Shown here in pieces: positions 11,425 through 25,115 of a stretch of DNA of 64,000 nt (the first letter of the stretch is position 1; each line of letters begins with the position of its first letter). The position numbers and the translations under genes were made by a program. The stretch is from Anthoceros angustus (taxonomy: Eukaryota; Plantae; Anthocerotophyta). The notes under the pieces are model-generated. The model saw nothing but the letters and a program-made list of their open reading frames with translations. It ran no database searches and was not told the origin of the DNA. The stretch lies in contig MU008170.1 in assembly GCA_010909165.1 (NCBI GenBank), positions 1,178,001 to 1,242,000 on the forward strand, written 5' to 3'.

Positions 11425-14400
11425 GGATTCGAGGGTGAAGTGCAAACGAGGACGACGGGACTCGAGTCGACACATGGGGCTAAAAACCCGCAAGAGGAAA
11501 AAAGGATGAGTCGCTTCCGCCGATGTCGGGAAGTTATGATCCGACAAGAATCGAACAGACGGATATGATCCAAGAACCGAACAGACGCCATACCGTCCAT
11601 CACTCCCACCGACCCACCTACCGCCGCCTGTTTCAACGACCGCAACATCTCAAAGCTACCGGTTGTTGAAATGACGGTGGGGCAAGGAGAAACAAAACAC
11701 GTCAGTGTTCCTTTCAATTTGGCGGCTATCATGGACCAAAAGTTCATGATAACATCGACCTTCTCGTGGACAATCCACCGCCAAAGAACGGGGCATTGAA
11801 GGGCACAACCCAAGAAGAGACGGAACCTTTCCACCCCAAGGCCGAAACCCTTGCTGTGAATATGGTGGCCATGATGGACTGTGGTCTCATGAGCTGCTGA
11901 TAGAAATTATGGATGTGTAATCAAGAAGGTGCCGCTAGATTCGGTCGGTCAACATCATGACAGAGGAGACCGCCAAGCTTGGGTTGCGATAGAACATACA
12001 TCAAAGGTGTTGCGGCGACATGTCCAAAATGGCGCCGTAGGGGAGTTGACGGAGTCCTAACCCATATTGGTACCATTCCGCACCTCATGGACTACGTGGT
12101 CATTAAACAAAAAGCGCCAGGTATGAGGTTCTCATTGACGAACATGGATGTATGGGGCACGTTGCACCTTCAAATGGGCGAGAAAGGAAGTGGGATTCAA
12201 ACCTCCGATCGGGACCCCAAAATTAAGGAGGAAGGATATGTTTGACTTGGAGCAGAGATACGCAGGGAGACACCCACTCAAACGGAGGGATACACCTCTC
12301 AAGATACCGGGGAGAGGATGAGAAGGAGAAATTCCCATTCGCATATTTCGTGGTCGATGAAGAGGACGACACGGAGAGATATTCCCATTCCATCAACCTA
12401 TTAGGGTGCTATGGAGTCACAATTGACAACCCGGTGGGAGGAGGATCGACCGAGGCGACGGAGGTCGAGGAACAGAAGTAGAGGTGGTCGAGCCGGAGCG
12501 ACGATCCGGACAAACTTCGAGGGTGAAGTGCAACAAGGACAGACGGCAGGGACTCGAGTCGACACATGGGGCGAAAACCCGCAAGAGGAAAAAAGGATGA
12601 GTCGTTCCGCGATGTCGGGAAGTTATGGATATGATCAAGAATCGAAGACCGACATGGCCATCGACCCACCCGACCCACCTACCGGCCTGTTTCAACGACC
12701 GCAACATCTCACCACCGCGGATGAAATGACGTGGGGTTGGCAAGGAGAAAGCAGAAACACAACAGTGTTCCTTTCAATTTGGCACGCTATCATGGACCAA
12801 AAGTTCATGATCGGACAGCCTCGTGACAATCCAGTACCGCCAAAGAACCGGGGCATTACAAACCCAAGAAGAGAACCTTTCCACCCCAAGGCCGAAACCC
12901 CTTGCTGTGAATATGGTGGCCATGATGGACTGTGGTCTGAGCTACAGAGAAATTGCGGGATGTGTAATCAAGAAGGTGCCGCTAGATTCCGGTCGAGTCA
13001 ACATCATGACAGAGGAGACCGCCTAAGCTTGGGTTGCGATAGAACATACATCAAAGGTGTTGCGGACATGTCCAAAATGGCGCCTAGGGGAGTGACGGAG
13101 TCCTAACCCATATTGGTACCATTCCGCACCTCATGGACTACGTGGTCATTAAACAAAAAGCGCCAGGTATGAGGTTCTCATTGACGAACATGGATGTATG
13201 GGGCACGTTGCACCTTCAAATGGGCGAGAAAGGAAGTGGGATTCAAACCTCCGATCGGGACCCCAAAATTAAGGAGGAAGGATATGTTTGACTTGGAGCA
13301 GAGATACGCAGGGAGACACCCACTCAAACGGAGGGATACACCTCTCAAGATACCGGGGAGAGGATGAGAAGGAGAAATTCCCATTCGCATATTTCGTGGT
13401 CGATGAAGAGGACGACACGGAGAGATATTCCCATTCCATCAACCTATTAGGGTGCTATGGAGTCACAATTGACAACCCGGTGGGAGGAGGATCGACCGAG
13501 GCGACGGAGGTCGAGGAACAGAAGTAGAGGTGGTCGAGCCGGAGCGACGATCCGGACAAACTTCGAGGGTGAAGTGCAACAAGGACAGACGGCAGGGACT
13601 CGAGTCGACACATGGGGCGAAAACCCGCAAGAGGAAAAAAGGATGAGTCGTTCCGCGATGTCGGGAAGTTATGGATATGATCAAGAATCGAAGACCGACA
13701 TGGCCATCGACCCACCCGACCCACCTACCGGCCTGTTTCAACGACCGCAACATCTCACCACCGCGGATGAAATGACGTGGGGTTGGCAAGGAGAAAGCAG
13801 AAACACAACAGTGTTCCTTTCAATTTGGCACGCTATCATGGACCAAAAGTTCATGATCGGACAGCCTCGTGACAATCCAGTACCGCCAAAGAACCGGGGC
13901 ATTACAAACCCAAGAAGAGAACCTTTCCACCCCAAGGCCGAAACCCCTTGCTGTGAATATGGTGGCCATGATGGACTGTGGTCTGAGCTACAGAGAAATT
14001 GCGGGATGTGTAATCAAGAAGGTGCCGCTAGATTCCGGTCGAGTCAACATCATGACAGAGGAGACCGCCTAAGCTTGGGTTGCGATAGAACATACATCAA
14101 AGGTGTTGCGGGACATGTCCAAAATGGCGCCTAGGGGAGTGACGGAGTCCTAACCCATATTGGTACCATTCCGCACCTCATGGACTACGTGGTCATTAAA
14201 CAAAAAGCGCCAGGTATGAGGTTCTCATTGACGAACATGGATGTATGGGGCACGTTGCACCTTCAAATGGGCGAGAAAGGAAGTGGGATTCAAACCTGGA
14301 CTGGGACCCCAAAATTAAGGAGGAAGGATATGTTTGACTTGGAGCAGATACGACAGGGAGACACCCAGAAACGGAGGGATACACCTCTCAAGATACCGGG

Positions 14401-14605
14401 GAGGATGAGAAGGAGAAATTCCCATTCGCACATATTTCGTGGTCGATGAAGAGGACGACACGGAGAGATATTCCCATTCCATCAACCTATTAGGGTGCTA
14501 TGGAGTCACAATTGACAACCCGGGGGGAGGAGGAGACCAGTGGACGAGGTCGAGGAACAAGAAGTAGAGGTGGTCGAGCCGGAGCGACGATCCGGACAAA
14601 CTGGA
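11425..14605 (+). repeat. Three tandem copies (~1.05 kb) of the aspartic-protease-containing segment of pol
   Basis: The protease motif KVPLDSG..VNIMTEETA recurs at ~11930, ~12980 and ~14030. The ORF track shows identical ORFs at a 1046-bp offset (12132/13178, 12242/13288, 12823/13869). Confidence 0.9.
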
Positions 14606-14889
14606 GGGTGCGAGGAGGGTGTCTCACGCTTTACCTCGACGACCTATTCCGGAATGGGGAATGCGAAGGAGAACCAAGACATGGAGGAAGGGTTGGCATC
14701 ACATCCGCTGGGAGAGAGAGTGGCATGGATGAGGTCAAGGACGTGGAAGTGTTGCTCAAGGTCCTTAAGTTTTCGAAGGATGAATGCAGACTTGGAAAGG
14801 GTATGAAACAATTGTTGGAATTTATCCATGTTTTGCTTTTGACGTTAAGGTATATGAAGGGTATACCGAGGGAGTGGGGAGCACAAGAT

Positions 14890-16030
14890 TGATCTCGAGC
14901 CGGGTGCCGTCACCGGACACCGCAATACAAGCTAAATCCAAAGTATTCACAAGGTAAAGGAACAATTGAGCTCTACTTGCAGGGACGTCATATATCCTAT
15001 TGTGACATCGGAGTGGGTAGCCCCAATTGTGGTGGTTCCCAAAAGCGAGGGGAAGATACGGTCCGCAGATTGGAGGAAGTTAAACAAGGTGACCAAAAAG
15101 ACCATTACCCGCTTCCATTCATAGACAACATAATCGGACTTAGTTGCGGAGAATGGTCTACCTGCTCGGATGGGTATTCGGGTATACCACATCTCGTGGA
15201 GAGTGATTGGCCACCATGCCTTCACAGACTGGGAACCTATGCCTACAAACGGAGTGCTCGGATTAACAGGGCACCGTGATCCTTCATGCGACTTGTCAAG
15301 ATTTTCAAGGAATACCTTAGGGACTTCATGGAGGTCTTCCGGATGACTGTGTTTGAGCAAGATCACCTCAACCACCTTCGCAAATGTCTGGAACGGTGTC
15401 AACAGACCCAATTGTGTTTACATCCCGAGAAATGTTATTTCGGCATGCCAGAGGGTATTTTGTTGGGGCACCGCATTTCTGCGCGGGGGATAGAGGTCGA
15501 CCCGGATAAGGTCAAAATCATTACCGCCCTCAAGCCACCGACCACACTGAAGGAGCTTAGGGGATTCCTCGGGATGGTAGGCTATTATCGAAGGTTTGTG
15601 AAGAATTTTTCCAAGGGCAGCCCGCTACGTAATTGCCGGACCGTGGAGTGGAATGGACGCAAAAACGAGAGGAGGCCTTCAATGATCTTCGACCACCGAT
15701 CACAAGACCCACGCCGGGGCCGATCGAGCAAGAAATTCCACGTGTTTGTAGACGTTTTCGCCTATGCAATCGGTACCATTCTAAGCCAAAGGGATGACAA
15801 GAAGCACGATTATCCAATCTATTATGCAGGAGGCAGACCACGCAGGAAAGTATACCACCACCGAGAGGAGGCGCTGATGGTGTACTCGGTTCGCAAGTTT
15901 TCGCCACTATTTGCTATCCCACGAGTTCGTCTTCCATGTGGACCACTTCGCCTCAAACACCGTAAACAAACCGACTTGTCCGGACGCATAGCAAGATGGA
16001 TCCTACTCGCAAGAATTCACGCTCACGGTG
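14890..16030 (+). pseudogene. pol: Ty3/gypsy RT and RNase H, frameshifted
   Basis: KVTKKDHYPLPFIDNII, EYLRDFMEVF, LCLHPEKCYFGMPEGILLGHRISARGIEVDPDKV, LKELRGFLGMVGYYRRFVKNFS, KFHVFVD..YAIGTILSQRDD..DYPIYY, RIARWIL. Confidence 0.9.
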
Positions 16031-16299
16031 GAGACCAGAGGAGGGAGTAAACATGTGAATGCAGATTACATTTCGAGGTGAAAGAGGAGGTTACACAGAC
16101 CAAAACGACGATTTTCCCGATGAAGCTTTGCTCGCGATGAGTTAGAGGGGGGCGGCACCGAACCATAAGGCGAGGGTAAATGGTGGCTCGGCAGAAATGA
16201 GAAGGAGAACGGATACACAAGGCCCACCCACGAGGAGATGATGGAATTCGGAACGGGAAAATACCACCGGATCTTTCAAACCCCAGCAAAGCGCTAGGC

Positions 16300-17387
16300 A
16301 CTATTCGCCCGCTTGTACGACGCAAAGACAACTGTATAAATCGGGACCGGATGGGCGGACAGTTATGGGTAACAAGGAGCAGTTATCCGAGTGCCGAGGA
16401 GATGCACGAGGGGAAGCGGACATTTTGCCGCACATATCACGTGCAAGAAGGTGCTTGAAACGGGTAATCGGTGGCAAACCATGCATCGTGATGCTAGGAG
16501 TTTGTTAAACGCTATGATGCGCCGAGGGTTGGGAAACCACCGCAACCACTCAATGGCCAATGGTTCCGATATTGGCCCCGCGCCATTCGAGAAATGGGGA
16601 ATAGATTTGTTGGTCCCATACCAAAACGAGGACGCGACAAAACCAATACATCCTCGTACACCGACTATTGCACGCCAGATGGTGGAAGCCCAAGCACTGC
16701 AGTAGACATGTACCATGTAGTGGCTGTTCCTCTATGAACATATTATCACCGATATGGTTGCCCTTGGAGCTTGTCAATGAGAGGGTCACATTTCGTCAAC
16801 GGTTATATCTCATATGACGATCTACTTCAACGTCGCCACAGAAAACGACTTATAATCCCAAGGCAAATGGCTTAACGGAAAAGGCGAATGGGCTCGTGCG
16901 TGATCCTCAACAAGCTAACGGTGGAATATGACGATTGGGATCTTAAGCTTCACTCCGCCCGCATACAGGATCGCAGAGAAAATAACAACGCAACAAACAC
17001 CGACTACCTCACCTACGGCCATTCTCCTAATGCCTATTGAGTTTGAAATTCCCACCGCGATCTGTGAAACTAACCGCATGGCGAGAGGAAAGTCACCGAA
17101 CGGGTCCTTCGCTAAACATACAGAGGATAGGGAACAGCTGAGCTCATGTGATATTCAAAGAAACGGAAAATATGGCATGACAATCGGTTGCGGAAGCAAG
17201 AGTGGGTAGTTCCGTGACTTGGCCTGACGACAATAGGTATATGCACTTTCCGTGGAAGCTCCACCTTCATGGATGGGGCCATACAAAGTTCTCAAGTCTT
17301 CAAGAATGGCTCAAGACAACCGCAAGAGTTAGGACCTCCACTACCACCCGAGTCAATGGGTGGAGGGTCAAGAAGTATTATACATAA
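16300..17387 (+). pseudogene. pol: Ty3/gypsy integrase, frameshifted
   Basis: GHFAAHITCKKVL, PFEKWGIDL, VEAQAL, YRI..KITTQQTP, LLMPIEFEIP, and a C-terminal NGWRVKKYY. Confidence 0.8.
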
Positions 17388-17409
17388 GTTGGCGAGGACG
17401 CCAACAAAT

Positions 17410-17421
17410 GAGAAGGGAGTA
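17410..17421 (+). promoter_or_regulatory. Polypurine tract GAGAAGGGAGTA
   Basis: Directly precedes the LTR start TGTAAACGATCT, which is also the TSD-defined start of the solo LTR at 35675. Confidence 0.8.
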
Positions 17422-20400
17422 TGTAAACGATCTAGTCTCGAAACCCTCTGTGCCTCAAGTGAATTTTTTTGTTTTTTTTGAGAGTGGTGTGAAAATAAGT
17501 CGATTGATGAGTTGGGGATATTCATAGTAAAAATGTCCTTGGCCTATGGAGTTCTTTTTGTTTTATTGCCTAGGTTAGAAAATAAATGGTCCGGAATTTG
17601 GTGTTCCTTGGCCCATGGACTCGGATATCCACTAAAAGGTCTATATATGTAGGGGTGGTTATTTGGGGTTGGTCTAAGTTGGGGTCGACCAAGGCGAGTC
17701 GAATGAGTGGGGTTGTGGATTGGGGCGGCGGTCGAGAAGACAAGTGAGTAGGGGAACCAAACTTAACCCTAGGAAACCTAGTGACAGCTGCTCAAACGGC
17801 GGAGCGCAACCGGAGCGGCGTGAGGAGTGGAGCGCAACCGGGCCGGAGCGTGAGGTCGAGGAGCCGTGAGGCACCGTGATCGGAGAGCGAGGCGCAACGT
17901 GGAGGGCCGCCCAACCTCACCGGAAGTCGCAACGCAGGAGGAAGGCGGGCGCGGGCGCCTTGGAGGTAGGAACCGAGACCGACCTCCAGAAATTCGCGAG
18001 GTGGCACCTATTTGAGGCGCGAGACCGGGGGACTATGAGAGGATGGCGCCCAAGGTCACCATGAGATTGTGCTTGCCCAATGGCCAAACATGGATCATTG
18101 GAAAGTTCGAGCTGGGGGCCGTGAAGGAGTCAAGCCGGGTTTCATGGAAGAGCGGTGGAATTACATGAACGGACGCAGGAGTGCGCGCCACCTAAAAGAC
18201 AAGCAACCGGCGAGGGATTAGCAAACCGGGATTGGGACCGCATTGGTTAGGGAAGTGTATGGGCGCAAGGAGGAGGCGGTTTGGTGATGGAACCTTCAAA
18301 AGGAGCAGCAAGCAGCACCGCCCGTGAAGGCGGGCGAATCCGGAACCCAATGGTTGGTCGACGAGATTGGCAACAGCAGCTTGATGGGTCCGATGGCTGT
18401 TTCCTACAGACAAGAAGCGGATTATTTGTCCGACCACTTGCCGTTGTTCCTCCATGAAGTTGTCAAGGGGCGAAAATCGATGGGACGAATCTCTTGAGAA
18501 GTTGTGTGAAGAGAGGTTGAACTTGATTTCTCCTACCCCCTCTCTAATCTCACCATTCCTAGTCCATCTTTATGCGCATGCTAATTGCCCGAGAGAGAGA
18601 GTGGCCTCCTTCATATGTGGAAGCCAGTGGGAGGTGCGGAGGAGCCCAAGGAGGAAATTGAGGAGGAATCTGACACCGGGAGTCCATGGCGACAGGCCCG
18701 AGGAAGGAGAAGGAAATTCTACCAAGAAGAAGAGGAAGACCGGGGTGAGTCCCAAAAAAAAGGTGAAGGTGGACGCCACCAGTCAAGGCGTGCGCGCCAA
18801 AAAAGCAAAGAAAATGAAAGCCAAACGCGGTGAGGTGGAGGAAGAGGCGCGATCCGAGGAAGACAATTTTGCGACTGGATGCGATGATGACCCGGAGGGT
18901 TTAGGGTGACCTCGTGAGCGGACCCTCCTCAAAGATGGGAAGAGATTTTCAAGGGGACTCCACCGGCAACAGAGGTGGATGCAAAATTGGTGAGGGTGCG
19001 CACTTTGTTGGGAGGAAAGTGCTCGGCGAGGGATGGCGGTGGGGCCGCAACAAGTGGATTCTGGGAGCCGACGACATCGGCGATCCGGGCCCAAGCGGAT
19101 TTGTTGGATCAAGCGGCTTGGCTCACATGGCTCGGGCAGCAAGGGGCGGAGGAAGTGGTGAAGGCCAGTTTGAAGGAGGCCAAGCAAGCAATCGGAGGAA
19201 GACAAGCGGCCTTAGAGGAGATAAGGGCCAAGATTCAAGAGATTTGTGCAGGCCTGTGGAGAAGTGCAAGCCATGACGAGTCACAGGAAGCGCTCATGGC
19301 TCAAATTAAGGATGCCCACGAGTCAAACCAGAGATGGGGGAGTTGTTGCGAGCCCAGAGCGGAGGCGGCCTCGTGGAGAAGGCCCATAAGCTAGCGAACG
19401 TATAAACGGAGGGATGAGGCAGACAAAGGAGAAGGGAAGCGAGGTGACCACGACCGGTAGTGGAAGGCACACCGAGGAAGGAAGCAGCAGCCAAGGTAGT
19501 CAAACACCTACCACTACCGACCAACGGTCGGGAGACTACCCACCGTGGGTAGCGAAGCCAGGGCGGGCGACAGACGCGGTGCGCCCGAGGACATGGACCA
19601 GCAACTGTGTAGTCTACGGGAGGAGGGGGTAAGCACCTCACCCGCAGGAGGTCCTATTATATTGCGGCACATGGATGAGGAAACTTACGTGGGTCTATAT
19701 GTGAATGGAGAACGCGTGCTTAACTTCACCGCCCATGTGCGTGTGGAAATAGGAGGGATCAGTCCTACCATCGCAAGTGAGGACCCGTGCATACTTCTAC
19801 CATTGCGCCAGAGTGTGGGATTGGCCCCTATTATGCGGAGGCGACTTGGAGGAGTTGAGTGAAGAGGAGGTCCAGCTTGGGTGGATGAGGAACCGTGGTA
19901 ATCCTCAATAGGCGCGCGGAAGAGGCGGAAGTCCAAGGTGGTATGCCTCAATTAGGACGCCCAGCAAGTGAGGTGGAAGTCCTGTGGAAAACCCCGACCG
20001 GCAAGGTGAGGGCTCGTGGCGCGGCGATGGAGGACGGCCAAAGTGACGAGTCGGGAGGGCGCGGATAGCGAGGCAATAGGTGGTAGCATCCTAGGAATGA
20101 AATTTGGGTAGGATGCCCCATCGACCTAAGATCGCTTAGAATTGTGGGTGCGCCCCTTAGCTTTTTTAGGATCTAGAAACTGGGAAACAGACGGCCGATG
20201 TATAAGAGGGGCAACTTTGCCCACCACAACAGATAACTCCCGTTGAGATCCCCACGCCTGTGGATGGTTGGAGACGTCCGATTGACAGAGGTGGTGTGTG
20301 CGAGACGCCCTAGGGGTGGTCGAGAGCTTGTTCGCAACGGGAGGAAGGAGGTGATGGAGCAATTTTGCGACAACGGAGGAGGAAGCCAAGGGATCGGCGG

Positions 20401-20711
20401 GCGGTCCGGAGCTTGCTCAACGCCGCCGCGACGCCTGGGGCTTTTTCCTCCTTCACCTTTAAACCGTTGTGTTCAAATCGTGGATTGTGTGAGTGCATGG
20501 TTGGAAGCCTGTGGGCGAATTGAGGGAGAGAGAGAGAAGAGATCGGGTGAAGGAGAGATCAAATGACGCTGGCGAGGTGTGAGATCGTAAGTGGGAAGAG
20601 TAAGGAGCGAATTGAGCGCTAGCAAGGAGAATTGTGTGTGAATTGAGAAACTCAAACCGTGCTTGGAAAGTGCACAAGGAAAACAACGCTCGTAGAAACC
20701 GTGGGGTGGCG

Positions 20712-20748
<37 letters not shown>

Positions 20749-22243
20749 AGAGGATTTGTGCAGGCCTGTGAGAAGCCGCAGCCATGACGAGTCACAGGAA
20801 GCGCCATGGCTCAAATCAAGGATGCCCACGAGTCAAACCAGAGATGCAGGGGAGTTGTTGCGAGCCCAGAGCGGAGGCGGCCTGTGGAGAAGGTCCATGT
20901 CAAGCGGAACGTATAAACGGAAAGGGATGAGGCACGTCGAACCGTAAAAGAGAAGGGAAGCGAGGGTGATCACGACCGGTAGTGGAAGGCACACCGAGGA
21001 AGGACGCAGCCAAGGTAGTCAAACACCTACCACTACCGGACCAACGACGGCCGGAGACTACACCGCGCGGAAGCGAATGGCGACGACGGACGCACCCCGC
21101 GAGGACATGGACCAGCAACTGTGTGTAGTCTACGGAGGAGGGGGTAAGCACCCCGCCAAGCTAGGAGGTCCTATTATGTTGCGCACATGGATGAGGAAAC
21201 TTACGCTCGGGTCTATATGTGAATGGGGAACGCGGCTTAACTTCACCGGCCCATGTGCGTGTGGAAATAGGAGGGATCAGTCCTACCCATCGCAAGTGAG
21301 GACCCGGCGCATACTTCTACCATCGCGCCAGAGTGTGGGATTGGCCCCTATTATGAGGCGACCTTGGAGGAGTTGAGGAAGAGGAGGTCCAGCTTGGGTG
21401 GATGAGGAACCGTGGTAATCCTCAATAGGCGCAAGCGGAAGAGGCGGAAGCTCCAAGGTGGTATGCCTCACCAGGACGTCCAGCGATGGAGGTGGAAGTC
21501 CTGGGAAACCCGCTGACCGGCAAGGGGGAGGGCTCGTGGCGGCGGATGGATAAGGGCCAAAGTGACGAGTCGGGAGGGCGCGGATAGCGAGGCAAGGTGG
21601 TAGCATCCTAGGAATGAAATTTGGGTAGGATGCCCCACCGACCTAAGATCGCTTAGAATTGTGGGTGCGCCCCTTAGCTTTTTTAGGATCCGAAACTGGG
21701 AAACAGACGGCCTACTGATGTATAAGAGGGGCAACTTTGCCCACCACAGATAACTCCCGTTGAGATCCCCACGCCTGTGGATGGTTGGAGACGTCGACAG
21801 AGGTGGTGTGCGAGACGCCCTAGGGGTGGTCGAGAGCTTGCTCCGCAACGGGGGGAAAGGAGGTGATGGAGCAATTTTGCTGACAACGGAGGAGGAAGCC
21901 AAGGGATCGGCGCGGGCGTCCGAGCTTGCTCAACGCCCGGCCGCGACGCCTACGTTTCTTCTCGCCTTCACCTTTAAACCTGAAGTTGTGTTCCGAAATC
22001 AGGGATTGTGTGAGTGCATGGTTGGAAGCCTGTGGGCGAATTGAGGGAGGGAGAGAGAGAGAAGAGATCGGGTGAAGGAGAGATCAAATGTTGTACGCTG
22101 GCGAGGTGTGAGATCGTAAGTGGGAAGAGTAAGGAGCGAATTGGAGCAGCAAAGGGAGAATTGTGTGAATTGAGAAACTCAAACCGTGTGCTTGGAAAGT
22201 GCACAAGGAAAACAACGCTCGTAGAAACCGTGGGGGGGTGGCG

Positions 22244-22280
<37 letters not shown>

Positions 22281-22711
22281 AGCGAGCGAGGTATCCTAGG
22301 GACTTTGGCCTCTAGGAATGGTGTGGGGTGTGAGTGTAATAAAGCCGATCCGTGAGCAGCACGCCGTGCGTGGATCCGCGCGCCGCACACCGTAGATGAG
22401 TTACTAGGGTTTGGTGGGACCCACCGGTGGGCAAGCAACTACCCGTAGTGGCTCCTAACGGTCGAGCGAGATTTGCGGCCGAGGAGTCCGTGGTAGTTGG
22501 ATAAGACAATCTAGTAGGTTGAGTAGATAGGTAAGAGGAGTAATAGCAAGACTTAGGCAAAGGTTGATAGCGATAGAAGGTAGCGCTTTTGGCACAAACC
22601 ATTCCTTGGGAGCGAATCCCGTGACTACAACGACATGGAGGGTAAATGTGGACCTCACCGTGTCTACAATGGGGAACCCACGGATGTCTACCGCAGATCC
22701 ACACTCCACCA
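17422..22711 (+). repeat. 3' LTR of family A (~3.8 kb unit plus ~1.5 kb internal tandem duplication, 19240-20750 / 20751-22280)
   Basis: TG start after the PPT, TATA-like CTATATATGTA at ~17641, (GT)n tracts at ~20714 and ~22246, and an end matching the 5' LTR end. Confidence 0.85.
18170..20090 (+). pseudogene. Accessory ORF(s) inside the family A LTR (unknown function), broken by indels
   Basis: Reading through indels: QECARHLKDKQ..NRDWDRHW..EPNGWST..FLHEVVKGRK..GRIL..LISPFLVHLYAHANC, a K/E-rich tract, a coiled-coil-like ALEEIRAKIQEICAGL, then ASEDP..LLPLR..G.PYYAEATLEELSEEEVQAWVDEEPV. The same peptides occur at 5735-8230, 20751-21500, 36570-37900 and 39985-40330. Confidence 0.65.
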
Positions 22712-22714
22712 GAA

Positions 22715-23000
22715 GAGTCCCTTGACCGCAGAGAGTGAAGTACAACATCATTGGTCAGGAACTGCTTCACTGATCGCACACTCTACATCTGCGACCACCT
22801 TTCCACATCTCTATACATCCTGCCTGTATGCGCGCAGGCTCGAGACGTCAGAGGTGCGCTTAGCACCAAAATGCCCTAAGCCTTCATGCACTGGTGATGA
22901 GTCTCACCCGGCCTCCGGCTTGGGTACAATTCTATCTCCGGTAATCACGACATACATTATGTCCTCCTTCCAATAGGCACGAGCCACCTTCTCGCGTAGC
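22715..23000 (-). pseudogene. pol: Integrase zinc-binding (HHCC) region of an older gypsy element interrupted by family A
   Basis: The minus strand reads RIVPKPE..VHEGLGHFGAKRT..GMYRDVERW..VRSVKQF..VLHSL and stops at the family A LTR end. Confidence 0.65.
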
Positions 23001-23650
23001 TTGGCCTGCTTCCAGATGAAAGCCCTTGTGGCACCCCACTCAGGAAGGTCACCGCTTATCAGATCCGCCCGTATGTCCTCGACGGACTCGCATACAAAGC
23101 GATGAGTGGAGGGTCAGTTTCATCCTCATGCAGCATGGCCAACATGGTATCTGGACTATTGCTTGGTTGTTGATCGAGGAAGTGCTTATATGAATTCAAG
23201 TGCTTACCTCGTGCGACATCTCTCTAAGCCAGTACATGAAAAACATACAATCTCTCCTCGGCCTGAATATCTCATTGTTTCACATGCATCGCCGATTAGC
23301 TTGGTCTTCAGGTTCTAATCCTTCAGTGGGAGTTTGCCTTGTTTCTTTAGTATCTTCACCAGGTCTTCACGAGCCTGATCTGCCTTGGCAAATTCTTCCT
23401 TAAGGGCTGCACAACCATAGGAGGATTAATCCTCCCTAGCAAGCATCAGAGGTTCTATACAGTGCTTTCAGACAGATACTTACATCCATATTCGACCCGC
23501 ACTCCTGTCTTAGTCATGTGAGAAGCAGGTTTCTCTTTCTCCTTTGCAGTCGCAGCACAGTCCTTCTTGTCTTCATTTTTGTTAGCACCACTGTTGCTTT
23601 GTTTTTCTTCACTTGCTTCTTCACAGTCTGCTTTGGACTCTTCGTAGCAG

Positions 23651-24110
23651 GCGACAACATCTAGCTTAGGAATCTAGGTTCCAGTCAATGACGCAATATG
23701 AGCCCTCAGGTGACGAAACTTGCTGGTGTATGCAACAACTTTTTCTCCTTCCCGCATTTTTAAACCATAGAATTCTTGTCGTACGGCACATAGCGACATC
23801 ATGTTCTTCACATGATACGTTGAATCCAAGTGTTTTCATATTTCAGAAGCTTCAGTGAGATATTCTACGTCGGGCACAAGGTTGGCATCAAGTCCCCCGA
23901 TGAGCACGGCGATGGAGATATTATTATGTTGTTCCCATTGTGCAATCTCAGCTGCAGTAGGAGGTGGAGTAGTGTTTGGATGAGGTTTCTTTTTAGATCC
24001 GTCGATGATGCTCCAGACTCCACGAGCCAACAGCAGCGACTTCATCCGTAGGCTCCATACATGTTTACAGGATTAGTCTGTTGTGAATGCAGACTGAGTT
24101 GTTGAAATTG
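23651..24110 (-). pseudogene. gag: Ty1/copia gag N-terminal region
   Basis: VWSLRMKSLLLARGVWSIIDG..WEQHNNISIAVLIGGLDANLVPDVEYLTEASEI*KHLDSTY..VRQEFYGLKMREGE. Confidence 0.8.
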
Positions 24111-24769
24111 ACGTGCTAACGTATCCAGGTATGTAGAAGAGGTCCCTATGGACATATTGGCTTCACAAGACAACTTAGAGTTATGACTCTAGAAATTCAT
24201 GTAAGCTTGATCCCATACAAGTTTGTATCGATACCGGAAACTAACTTCAAACATGTAGGAAGGTTTGGTGTGGGGTCAGCTCAAGAAGGAGAAGGATATG
24301 AACATATCCTAGCCTACCCGTGTTGACCTCTCCATCAAACTTTCCCTTTTGTTATGAATTTGTCAACGCTCAGTGAGAAAACAATCGTGTTAGAGGACAT
24401 GAACTATTTATGATTAGTTGAACGCTTCATAGACGGAAGAAAACCCTAACCCTTTTGTCTTTCTTTCACCTATTCATGAACAGTTTTGAGATAGTTGGAC
24501 CTATCACCTTCCCAATGAGGAGAAGGTCAAGGTGCAAGTTGCCATCACGTCGCTTCATATCCGGGTTGATATCTTGCCTACCGCTAGGTACGAATGCTCC
24601 CGAACAAGCCAAGGTCTTTGGATTACAAAGTTGATTGAGAATTGGCCAATATCTTGCATGTTCGTTCAATCGTGCTGAATATGCATTATTTTGTCGACAT
24701 CCATCTTAATCGTTAGGGTATCGCAAGGGAAGATGCACGCTCTAAAGATGTAAATCATTTCAAAAGATT

Positions 24770-25115
24770 ATTAACCAATCCTCAACAAGATGATTGATAG
24801 TGTCTTTTCCCCGCCTTGCACCAAACGATAGACATTGGCAATATCTGACTGGACAAAAACATTGGCTAAGCAGGTATTCGTGGATGTTCAGGTACCACAT
24901 CCTTCCGCTCTGCTTCAAACCATATATGGTCTTTAGCAGCTTACATGCTTTGTTTGGATGTGCAGGATCCTCATACCCTTCCGGCTGAACCATGTAAAGG
25001 TCTTCATCAAGAGAACCATATAAGAAGGCAATACAAACATCCATTTGATGTAAGTCGAGGTCGAGCTCTGCAACGAGGGCTAGAATCATCCGTACAAATT
25101 ACCACAGCTAATCAC
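24770..25115 (-). pseudogene. pol: Ty1/copia RT N-terminal half (inverted)
   Basis: RMILALVAELDLDLHQMDVCIAFLYGSLDEDLYMVQPEGY..ACKLLKTIYGLKQSGRMWY..NVYRLVQGGEKTLSIIL. Confidence 0.9.

Larger units (their letters stand above)
5735..22711 (+). mobile_element. Near full-length non-chromovirus (Athila/Tat-type) Ty3/gypsy LTR retrotransposon, family A; left end of 5' LTR missing
   Basis: LTR ending ACTCCACA (9331), PBS, gag with CCHC knuckle, protease, RT, RNase H, integrase, PPT, then a 3' LTR from TGTAAACGATCT (17422) to ACACTCCACCA (~22711). Confidence 0.85.
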
